From the NCBI RefSeq assembly GCF_016433145.1, contig NC_058130.1, positions 86,737,628-86,801,627 of the forward strand: a stretch of DNA of 64,000 bases, read 5' to 3'. Positions 50,141-60,364 of this stretch are shown here, one piece after another (the stretch's first letter is position 1; the number at the start of each line of letters is the position of its first letter). The notes below the pieces were generated by a model that was not told where the DNA came from, ran no database searches, and saw only the letters and a program-made list of their open reading frames with translations. The position numbers and the translations under genes were made by a program. The DNA comes from Gracilinanus agilis. Lineage: Eukaryota.

Positions 50141-50878
50141 GTTTAAAAATGCTTTTAAAAATTCATTCATTTATTCACTCATTCATTCATCCTTCCATCT
50201 AGCTATCCATTCATTCCAGCTGTAGATTTTATGACAATTGGGGGAGTGTGGGGGAGTTTAGGGAGTGCAGTCACTCAGCTTAGAGAAGTTTGCCCCGTGC
50301 CCAAGTTCTGGATGAAATCCAGGGCTGACAATACCAAGGTAGGCTCTTTGCAGGGCAAGATGGAAGCTCCCAGCTTTCTCTTTCCTTTGCCAAGCTGTGG
50401 CGCTCACCGTGTCTTCCTCTTGGGCTGGGTGGATTCTCTGCCCTTTGAGGGGGGAGGGGAGGATAAGGTATAAGCTCCTGAGCATCCCCCCTTTTCCCCT
50501 CCCCCGCATTGCTCTCAGATAGTGCTTCCCCTCAGCCACCAGCATCCCGAATCCTCCTCTCCGGATCACGCCCACCTAAGCCCGTAGAAGCGCTGGGGAC
50601 TGGAGGGAAGGGTGGGAAGGGTAGGGGTTGGGGGAGGGGGTTCTGGAGCTCCTCCCCACCAGCTGGCCCCCGGAGGGGCAGGGCGGGGAGGGGCCTGCAA
50701 GGGGAGGGGGCGGGGGTTACTGCGGCACCGCCCGGGAAGCTCGGGTGCCACATCCTCTTGCTGCTGCCGCTGCCACCGCCTTTGCTGTTGCCTGCTGTTG
50801 CCTGCCTGCCTGCTGCTGCTGCTATTGCTGCCATCGCTGTTGCTGAGGGGCCCGGCGGAGCTGGGCCGGCCCGCGGCC

Positions 50879-50903
50879 ATGGCCCATCAGACCGGCATCC
50901 ACG
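50879..50903 (+). CDS. TWF2: TWF2 coding exon 1 (twinfilin-2a)
   Basis: GCCATGG Kozak; MAHQTGIH; donor G|GTGAGC; 25 nt. Confidence 0.97.
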
Positions 50904-50956
50904 GTGAGCGGGCGTGTTGGGGTCCCGCGGGGGTTGGTCCAGATGGCGCTCCTTCC

Positions 50957-50987
50957 CCTCCTCCTCCTCCTCCTCCTCCTCCTCCTC
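50957..50987. repeat. (CCT)n trinucleotide repeat in TWF2 intron 1
   Basis: Direct reading. Confidence 0.95.
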
Positions 50988-52237
50988 ACACCAGCCGCAG
51001 CCGGGGGTCTCCTCTCCCCCGCGGCCGTGGTCGCCTTCCATCTTCTTTCTCGTGACCGTCTTCCCCACCCATGGCTTCCTTCCCTGCCGATGGGGCCCAC
51101 GCCCCGGAAGCCCCGGGGGCAGCGGCGGGCCCGGGCTGTGTGCACATGTATCTGTTTACACGTATGTGCCTGTGTATGTGTGCGGGAGTGCGTGATGCAC
51201 CCGGGAATAAGGACGGCGCCCGGGAATGGGCTGCCTTTCTTTCCCTTACAGCAGCCCCTTGAGGTTTGTGTGCGCGTGTGGTCCCGGGGGGGCATTTGCA
51301 CAGCTCCGTCTTTGTGTTCGCGCGTGTCTGTGGGTGTGCACCGAGGTCTGGATGCCGTGGAATCGGCCCGCTGGACGCAGCCTGGGCTTCGATTATTTTT
51401 GCACGTGGGTGTACCTCGCGTTTTTGTGCACCTGACCCTTGGGCTGGCTCCCACCCACCATCCCCTTTTCCTGGACTCACTCTTATCTGAACACTGGAGA
51501 GTATACACCCATTGCACAGCCTGGGAAACTAAGCAACTTGGAGACTGACCCTTGGAAATATTACCCGAAATGGCCCCCTCCCTAAGAGAGGAAGAAGGAA
51601 GAAGCAGCGGCCATTTGGAGCTTGTCATGGGCTGCTGCTTCTTCTAAAGTGGCTGCCTTTGGGGAGGGACAGTGGTGCCCAGCTGGCTAAGTGAGTTGGG
51701 CTGAAAAGGATGTAGGAGCCCAGGACGGTGTGGCCTTGCAGGGGAGAGATGGCAGGGGGATAGAGATCACAGACTTGTAGGGACCTCAGAAACCCTCTCG
51801 TCCAACTCCCCATTCTACAAGTGGGAAAACTGAGGCTGGGATTGGGGTAGATTATGATGACCTCTCCTGCTGCCCTACTAGCCGTGGACCTGCACTGAGT
51901 TTTTCTTGACCCCAATTTTTCTGTTTATAAAATGAAGGGGTTAAGATAGATTCGGAGGGGGGGGGGGAAGAATGGCGCTTAACTTAGGGGTCTGTGATTT
52001 CAGGAGAGCCTTCCTCCAGGAGGGGAAAAGACCAGATCTTTATTAACTAGCTTCTATTGTGATCTTATAGATTTTATGTATTTAAATGTGTTTTTTAAGA
52101 AGGAATCCCCAGGCTTCACTTGGCTGCCACAGGAGTTCACAACACACACAAAAAGAAGAAGAATGTCCAGACTAGATAATCTCTTTGAACCTGAGGGACA
52201 AGCCAGAGACCCTGGTATATCCTTTTTTTTTTTTTTT

Positions 52238-52420
52238 TTTTTAACTTCATTTCTGTCTTAGAATCAATTCTAAGCATCTGTTGTAACACAGAAAAGGGTA
52301 AAGGATAGGCAGTAGGGGTTGAGTGACTTGCCCAGGGTCACCTAGCTAGGAAGTGTCTGAGCTTAGGTTTTAAATCAGGAGTCTCTAGGCCTGGCTCTCT
52401 GTCCACTGAGCCGCCCACTG
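52238..52420 (-). mobile_element. SINE1_Mdo-like copy with poly(A) tail
   Basis: T-run 52222-52241 then SINE 3' end. Confidence 0.8.
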
Positions 52421-55400
52421 CCTCTAGATAAACTCTTCATCAATGGAGTATAGTGGGCAGACTCTGGGGAGGGACAGTGGTGCCCAGCTGGCTAAATGAG
52501 TTGGGCTGAAAAGCATGGAGGAGCCCAGCCTTTAGATTTTGAGTTACCTGCCTTGGTTTTAAGCCCCAGATTTGCTTCTTAGTCCCTAGGTGACCTTAGA
52601 TAAGTCCCTTAGTTTCTCTGGGCCCGCTTCCTCATTTGTAAAATGAGAGGGTTGGAGTGCTCTCCCCTGGAGGTTCCTCTTCCAAGCTCTCCGGCTCCGA
52701 GTTTATCATACTTCTCTGTCCAACAAAGGGGCCGGACCAGAGGGTCCCCTCGGCCCTTCCCAGCTCTGCTCTGGTTTTTCCTCCCGGCATCCCCTTGGCA
52801 TCCCCTCGGCGTCCCTTGCTGAGGGTCTGTTCAGTAGTGAGTTGAGAGATGAGTAAGTCAGCGAAGGCTGCTTGGTGGACTCATCTCTTCGGCCTTCCTA
52901 CTCCTGGTCTTCAGGGGATGAAAAGGAGGTCCCGATGGTGGGAGTCTCTGGCTCATGGTCGAGCTGGAGGCTGGGAGCCCAGAGTGTTGAACATTACCTC
53001 CTTCAGTTATCGGACTTCGAAATCTAGGTCAGATCATGGCAGCCTGGCTGAGTTTCCTGTTGGTCTTCCTGCTATCGACCCCCTGGGCCGGGCTGTCAGA
53101 TGGCATTAGGTTTGTGGTGAGGCTATACCACTTGGGTCCAATCTCACTGGTTCCTGTGGGCAGCCTGCCTGGGGTCACCGGGAGAGAGGGGGGAGAGGGG
53201 AAGTTTTATTCCTTTGGTTTAGCTCGGTCCTCAGGCTGCCACCGTTCAGGCTTTACAGACTCCCTCACGTCCCTCCAGTTTGGAAGCCCCATGACCAGAG
53301 AGTGTGGCAGGCTTCCCAGCCAAGCCTTAGCCTCCTATCTCCTAAACCCAGCTATTTCCAGCTGAGGATGACTCAGGGCCCTCTGCTTGTGTCCCCTCTG
53401 ATCCCCTTCTATCGTCCTGGGGCTGATTTTCTGAGGGGGGGAGTTGGAACTCTCAGACCCATCCTCTGCCCTCTCCCCATGGCTCCAAACCCTGGGGGAG
53501 GAAGCAGCCCTTGCAGTCTGCTTTCTTTTGGCTTCAAGCTGGAGGAAGGGGGTGGGTGATTCAGGTTTTTGGAGCTGCTGTCGCCTCCAGACAGGACTTG
53601 AAGTCCCTACATCCCAGCAGCCTCAGGGGCATCCCTTCCCCCTCTCCTTCTTGCCATTTCTTCTTTCTTCAGAAAATTGGCCTTCCCCACTGTGGCACAG
53701 TGTGATCTTGCTCCAGCTGCTTCCTGACTCCAATTATGGACTTTCTTGTCTCTCCCTCCCCGCAGCCTTTCTCCATCCTCACCCCCAACCTCATTCCTTC
53801 GCAAACAGCAAGGGCTGAGGGAGAGAGGACCCGGCTATCCCTGAGCTAGAGCCTCCTGAGGGCTGGCCAGACTCAGGCCTTGCTCCAAGGCTGAGCTCCC
53901 AAACAAGGAGGATAGTCCCGGATGCCCCCAAATGTTAGAGCTTGGAGAGGAATTAGAGACACTTCAGTGCAGCTCCTTCCCCCCCCCCCCCTCCCCCCCC
54001 CCCATTTGCCATTTCCCCATCTTATAGATGAAGAAGTTGAAGTCTAGAAAGGGGAAGGGACAAAACTGGGAGCCAGGTCTTCTGGACCAGGGCTTGCTTT
54101 GCCCAACACCTCCCAGGGACTTCGGTGGGAGGAAATAACGTGGCTTGTGGAGATGAGGAAATTGTTCTCTTGGCTCTTTCTTGGTCTCCTTCCCCACCCT
54201 CCTTGGACTCCAGGCTTCTTTCTCCTCTTCCCAACACTTTGCCCAACTCCCATCCAATTTTTATTATTTCCATCCCTTCCCCTGCTGCAGCCTCTTCCTC
54301 CATCCTTCCCCCCTGGTCAGGCCCAGCAGGTCTGAGCTGCCTTCAGGCAGATGCTCCCTTGTGGGTCTCTTCCTGTGGAGGGAGCTGAGCCTGTAACCCA
54401 AGGAAGCTGTGCCGGGGCCTATGAAACATTTATGGGGAAGGCTTTGCTCAGCTCCGATGTCCTGGGCTGGACCTGGATTATTGATGGGGACTGAGTGACT
54501 AGTGGGCCGGCCATGGGGGGGAGGGGGAGACCAGGAGGGGAGGAATGGGGAGGCCCAGAGAAGTGGATGGATTGGGAATTGATCAATAAGCGTATTAACA
54601 AGCATTCACAAACACTTGGGTTCCAGGGATTGAGCCAGGATCCAGGGGAATAGGAATGAGGGATCCAGAGCCAGCGGAGGAAAGGATTTGGGGAGTAAAA
54701 GTTAGGGACGGGACCAGAGAGAAGAGGGACCGATGCCAGAGCTGGGGAGACTCCTTACAGAATGAGGGATTTCATGGAGCCAGAAATTGGGGAGTTTGAG
54801 AGATTGAGGCTATGGGAGGCCAGAAGATGGGGATCAGTGAGCGAGGGGCTGGGGAGTCAAGGAACCTTGTAGGATGGATTTGGAGCCTGCAAGAAGGGAG
54901 AGGCTGTCCATTTGAGGTGGGGGTCTGGGCCGCGGGGATGGGGACAGAACCAGGAAGACCAGAAGGGCCTTTGGGAATCAGTCAGAGAACGAATAAGCAG
55001 GACGAGGCTCCAGGGTCGGCAGGCTGAGGATCGGGGAGGTCCAGGGGGTGAGGTTTGGAAGGCTGTGAAGGCCAGACATCCCTTCTGGTTCTGAGGGACG
55101 GGCATTCCCCCAGCTTTGGGGAACAGAGCCTTCCCTCCCTTTGCTGGCTTCCTAGTCCTTCTTTTCCCAGAGGAATCCGGCCTGCTAGGATGAGGATGAC
55201 GGCAAATGGATTCTCTTAGAGGTCATCCGGTTCAAACTACTCTTTTTACAGATGAGGAAACAGGCCCAGAGAGGGGAAGCCAGGTAGGGATTTGAACTCA
55301 GGTCCTTTGACTACACGTCCAGTCCTCTTTCTCCAAGACGGTAGAAACTGGCTTCTGGTGAAACGATTTACTTCTTGAAAGGACCGGCGAGGGCCATCAT

Positions 55401-56749
55401 GAGATGGTGCTGGACCAGCCGTGGTGGTCCTGGTGAAGGTGGCCGTGAGAAGCCAGATAGACTTCCCAGCGAAGGGAAGAGAAACTCAGAATTGAAGAAT
55501 CCTCTAAAAAATAGGTTTCCACAGGACCAGGTGGGGTCCCCCTTCAGACCGGGACTAGGGGAGCCTCCAGCTTCCTTCTGAAGTAGCTGAAAAGCTCCTG
55601 ACAGAATTGGAGGCTGGGGTTGGGGGGTTCCAGCCTGGGGGAGCGCAGGATTGGGAGTCAGGGAGCTGGGGGTGTGATCCTACTTGTTTATCCCCCAGAG
55701 GGCTGGCTCCCTGCCCGACCAGCTATAAAAATACCCCTGAGCTCAGCCCAGAGGTGCGTGTCGGCATCGCTCAGGCCTCTGTGCCAGGCCCCAAGGTCAA
55801 GAGATCTGGGCTCCGGACCCGGGGAAGGGGGACCTCTCGGATCCTCTTTGGAGCGGGCATCCGGTCCCCTCTGCTATCCCCCTGCCCTTCCCCCCCCCCC
55901 CCAACTCACCCGATTTCTAGGGCTGGAGGTCCTTGCTCCATTCTAGCCCCAGAGCCTCCCCACAGCTGCCTCTCCAGGCTTTTGCCAGGTTCGGTCCTCG
56001 TGGCGTCTTCTTGAAGCTTCCGTGGCACGTGGCCCTTTTCTGGGAGCCTGTGGAAGGAGTGACTCCCCCGTGCCTCCTCCCAGACCCCCTTTACGCAGCT
56101 TCTGAAGCGCTCCCCTCCTCCAGGCAGCCAGCCCGGACTGCCTGGAGGAAGGAAGCGGCTCTTTCTGCCCTGTCCACCTCAAACTCCCACTGACACTGGA
56201 GCTCCTCTGGGGCTGGGCCATGGGTCTGAACCTCTGGCGTGGCGTGGGCAGCACGAGCCATCCTGGCCGTGCCCAGAGGGCGGGCATCTTGGCCCCTGCT
56301 CTGCCCGCCGCCAGCTTCAGAGGGGCTGTGCCGGGGCGCCCTGCATCCTGCCTCGCCTGGCCCCGGGCCTGGCCTGGAGGGAGACCCAGCTCTCCCCCCC
56401 GCCCCCCCCCATGGGGGAGGGGCGCCCTCAGCACGGGCCTGGCGAGGAAGCTGGGGCCCTCAGACCGGGCTGGGGGCTTCCTTTGGAGCTGCGAGGGCTG
56501 GGGCGGGGGCAGGGCGGGTGAGCCCTTCCCTTCCCCCGCCAGGCTCCTTGTCACCGGAGCTGGCCCCTGGCCGTGCCGAGACGCCATCAGCTAAATTTGG
56601 GAGATTATGTTCAACGGGGCCCGGGATCGGGTTGCCGGGTCACATGGTGGGGCCGCATTTAACGCGGCGCCCGGGACCCCCCTGCTCCATACGGCCGCCC
56701 GTACCCGCCTCCCGCGCAGAGCCCGTGGCTCCCCGCTGCCTCTCACGTC

Positions 56750-56846
56750 ATGTTCTTGGTCCTCGCAGCCACCCCGGAGCTCAAGGACTTCTTTGCCAAG
56801 GCCCGCAGCGGATCCGTCAGGCTCATCAAAGTCGTCATCGAGGATG
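56750..56846 (+). CDS. TWF2: Alternative first coding exon of twinfilin-2b-like isoform (MFLVLA-ATPEL...)
   Basis: ATG TTC TTG GTC CTC GCA GCC ACC in frame with exon 2; matches the mouse Twf2b alternative-promoter architecture (6 residues replace 8). Confidence 0.8.
56769..56846 (+). CDS. TWF2: TWF2 coding exon 2; remaining exons not found in window
   Basis: ctcgcag|; (A)TPELKDFFAKARSGSVRLIKVVIED; G|GTGAGT; 78 nt. Confidence 0.97.
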
Positions 56847-57839
56847 GTGAGTGTCTCCACGGGGGGCTGCTGGGCGGAGGGAGCCCGGCCCGCTCCTGCC
56901 CGAGGATGTGAGGCCAGAGAGGGCAGGAGTCGGCCCAGAGTGACCCGGCGGGAAAAGTCCGCGTTCACATCCAAGCCGCCGGCGCCCAAATAGAAACTCG
57001 TTCCCCTTCCCTTTGTGTAGGTTTGGGGGAAGCGGGTCCTCTTCCTGGCCTGGGGGAAGCGGGGTCCTCTTCTTGGGGAAAGCAGGGTCCTCTTCTTGAC
57101 CAATTTGTTTCCATTTGTGGGGATGACGGTCTGGTTGGGGGTCAGTGAAAATGCTGGTGTCTCAGGGTTGGGGGGAATCCGAAGACCGTCAGAAGTCAGA
57201 AGGTCAGAATCTTAGATCCAAGGCTGGAGTTAGAGTTGTTGAAAGGTGAGGAGAGGCTGTTCTGTGCCTTGTTTCCAATCCCTGGCATACGTGTGCCCGT
57301 GGGTGCTGTGCGTGTGTAGAGCCTGGCAGAGAGGGGGCTCTCTTGGACCTGGAGGGGTGTAGGGAGGCCTGTGTGCATTCAGACAACTCCTAGCCTGGTG
57401 AATCTGGATTCTGTCCCATCCACACACGGTAGTGGTCCTAACATGGGCACAGAAACCGTGGAGAGTCCGTGGGTCTTGCTCATAGGAACCTTATTTCCTG
57501 AGCCATAAAGAAGGGCCATTCTGGGCCCTGTCCTTGGGGAGTTGACTGTCTGGGGGACAACAAAGAACAACCAGTAGAGGGGGATACAAAAGGGTAGAAT
57601 ATAGCCAAGAGCTCAGGATAGTCAGGGAAGGCTTCCCGGAGGAAGTAGGGTTTGATCTGGGCCTAAAGGATGGGAGTGCTTTAGAGACTCAGAAAGATTG
57701 GGGCGTTTTGGAGTGATCCCAGTACGTGTGTGACAGGAGTCCAGCTTGAAGCTAGAGAGGAAGTTCAGGATCACATCAAGATGAGTTTTGATAGTCAGGA
57801 TGAGGGTTTGGGACTTGATTTCTGCTGAGTCATGGGAAT

Positions 57840-58010
57840 TTTTTTTAAATTTTATTTTTATTGTCATGCAAAGCACACTTCCATATTGGTCATTGTCGTG
57901 AGAGCACACTCACACATAATCAAAACCCCCAAATCAAACCAAAGATACACTGATGTGAAAGATAACTCCAACAGTTCTTTCTCTGGAGGTTGATAGCATT
58001 CCATCATGGG
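57840..58010 (-). mobile_element. L1 3'-end fragment
   Basis: CATGCAAAGCACACTTCCATATTGGTCATTG...CAACAGTTCTTTCTCTGGAGG. Confidence 0.75.
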
Positions 58011-58855
58011 GAGCTATTGAAGGTTCTTTAGTAGGGGAGTGACTGGATCAAAGCTGGACTTCGGGAAAGTGAATATTGGTTGCCCAAAGTCCTTGGGTTT
58101 GACGGATGAGGCTTCCGTCCCTGAGGAGTCACTTTGTTGTCTGGTGTCGGGGCAGAGATACAGGAATCAAGGGAGGGGAATGTGGGGATGAGCCCTGTTT
58201 TGGGGAGGTCCTGGGTGAAGGGGGCCCGAGGCAGATCTGGCTGCTCCTGGACTCCTTTAATGTGTCTTTGTTACAAATGGTAATTGAGTACCTGCATTCA
58301 CACGATGTCATTGGGTTAAGTAGGACCTTCTTAGATCCCACGGAGTTTTCTAGCTGGAAGGCGGTCCAGATTGGCATAGAAAGCTGGCCGAGCCCCCTCC
58401 TTGGGGGACCCCCGGCCTTGGAGGGTGGTGCAATGGGCTCTCGGGGGCATCTGCGGGCCGTCACTGCCTCCGGCTGTGCCTCGCTGCTGCCTGCGTTCGC
58501 TGTGGAGGGACCCTGCCGGGCTGGGCCCTGGGCCCAGTAGGTCGCTGGCATCGGTCCCGAGGATGTTGGTGAGGCCGCTCGGCCAGCAGCGTTCTCAGAT
58601 CTCCGCCGGCCCCTCCGTGGGGTGAGGGGGGGAAGCAGGCTCCCTCCGGCTCCTCCGCATCCGATCTCGGCTCCCTCGCAGGGCCCCTCTGGGCCAGGGC
58701 TCGCTCCCAAAAGGGGGGAGGGGGGCCCTCCAGGGAGGGACTGTCACCCCTGGGCCGCCCGACATCCCCGAGGGGTCCGAGCGGACGTCTCTCCCGTTCT
58801 TGGAGGCCGCCTCTCCTCCCTCAGACGCCAATGGCGTGCTTACTTTCTCCTTTTT

Positions 58856-59032
58856 TAAACCCTTCTCTTCCGTCTTAGAACCAATCCTGGGTCTTGGTCC
58901 CGAGGCAGAAGAGCGCCAAGACGCAGGTCATTGGGATTCAGTGTCTTGCTCTGGTTCGCACACACCCGGGAGGTGTCTGAGGTCACCTTTGAACCCAGGA
59001 CCTCCCGTCCACCGAGCCACGTAGGTCACCCC
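58856..59032 (-). mobile_element. SINE1_Mdo-like copy with GC-shifted substitutions
   Basis: Colinear with other copies in window but many A/T>G/C changes. Confidence 0.8.
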
Positions 59033-59518
59033 TGCTCGGCAAGCTCCTGCGGCTCCTTATTATCGGCACGATCCAGCGGAAAGTCTTCCTGTCGGTCATT
59101 GAAAAGTCCTTCGCAACATGGCCGGCCGCTCCTCACCATTACAGTCTGAGACCTGGTCTTGGCATGTTCTGTCTTTGCATGGCCTTCCCCCAGCCTGGAA
59201 GGCTCTTCCTCCTCATCTCCATCTCCCGGGCCTCAGCACGCTGTCCTGTCGCTCTGTTACTCNNNNNNNNNNNNNNNNNNNNNNNNNNNNNNNNNNNNNN
59301 NNNNNNNNNNNNNNNNNNNNNNNNNNNNNNNNNNNNNNNNNNNNNNNNNNNNNNNNNNNNNNNNNNNNNNNNNNNNNNNNNNNNNNNNNNNNNNNNNNNN
59401 NNNNNNNNNNNNNNNNNNNNNNNNNNNNNNNNNNNNNNNNNNNNNNNNNNNNNNNNNNNNNNNNNNNNNNNNNNNNNNNNNNNNNNNNNNNNNNNNNNNN
59501 NNNNNNNNNNNNNNNNNN

Positions 59519-59538
59519 AGAGACAGAGAGGAGACAGG

Positions 59539-59599
<61 letters not shown>

Positions 59600-59875
59600 A
59601 GAGAAANNNNNNNNNNNNNNNNNNNNNNNNNNNNNNNNNNNNNNNNNNNNNNNNNNNNNNNNNNNNNNNNNNNNNNNNNNNNNNNNNNNNNNNNNNNNNN
59701 NNNNNNNNNNNNNNNNNNNNNNNNNNNNNNNNNNNNNNNNNNNNNNNNNNNNNNNNNNNNNNNNNNNNNNNNNNNNNNNNNNNNNNGATAGGGCAAGGAG
59801 AGAGAGAGGGAGAGGAGAGAGAGAGGGAGAGGAGAAAGAAATGAGGGGGGGAGAGAGAGAGAGAGTGTGTGTGTT
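59519..59875. repeat. (GA)n purine-rich microsatellite spanning gaps
   Basis: Direct reading at 59519-59606 and 59787-59875. Confidence 0.9.
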
Positions 59876-60190
59876 TTAGGTATATATAAAACTTAATTTT
59901 TAAAAATTGTAAAAAATTGAAATCCAATTTCAATTTAAAATTATTATTTTTAAAATTTTTAAATTTAAATTTAACTTTCAATTTTAGAATAAAAAACATT
60001 CACTTCAGTTAAAAAAAAAAAACCCTTACCTTAGACTCAATACTGCCTTTCAGTTCCAAGGCAGAAGAGTGGTAAGGGCTAGGCAGTGGGGTTAAGTGAC
60101 TTGCCCAGGGTCTCACAGCTAGGAAGCATTTTCTTCTGTATATATCTTTGACTACACCTAGTTATTTGTGTGCTGTCAGACCCTCTAGAC

Positions 60191-60364
60191 CAGTGGGCGC
60201 CCCCTGGTGGGTGCTGCAGCGATCCAGGGGGGCGCTGATGGCCACAGGTGCATTTGGGGGCGGTGAACAACTGTAAGGTGGCGGTGATAGTATGTGACAG
60301 GGGGTGCTAAGTAATATTTTTTCTGGAAAGGGGGCGGTAGACCAAAAAAGTCTGGGAACCCCTG
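60191..60364. mobile_element. hAT-Charlie MITE with damaged left TIR
   Basis: Left end CAGTGG, right end AAGTCTGGGAACCCCTG; 8-bp flanks CTCTAGAC / GGCTAGAC (NTCTAGAN Charlie target). Confidence 0.75.

Larger units (their letters stand above)
50400..51430. promoter_or_regulatory. TWF2 CpG-island promoter (possibly bidirectional)
   Basis: CpG/GC-rich block over exon 1 with GC boxes (GGGCGGGG near 50680 and 50707). Confidence 0.8.
55700..57070. promoter_or_regulatory. Intronic CpG island / candidate twinfilin-2b promoter
   Basis: CpG-rich block around exon 2; TATA/MEF2-core-like CTATAAAAATAC 55723-55734; CArG/MEF2-like CTAAATTTGG 56591-56600. Confidence 0.55.

Noticed and set aside
50509-51628. 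ORFs of 130-268 aa on both strands at the TWF2 island
   Set aside because: CpG island plus CCT/CTG/GT repeats; no recognisable domains
55504-55514. CTAAAAAATAG as a MEF2 site
   Set aside because: One A too many for YTA(W)4TAR
55607-57103. 200-aa-class ORFs around TWF2 exon 2
   Set aside because: GC-rich shadow frames; only the MFLVLA frame is supported
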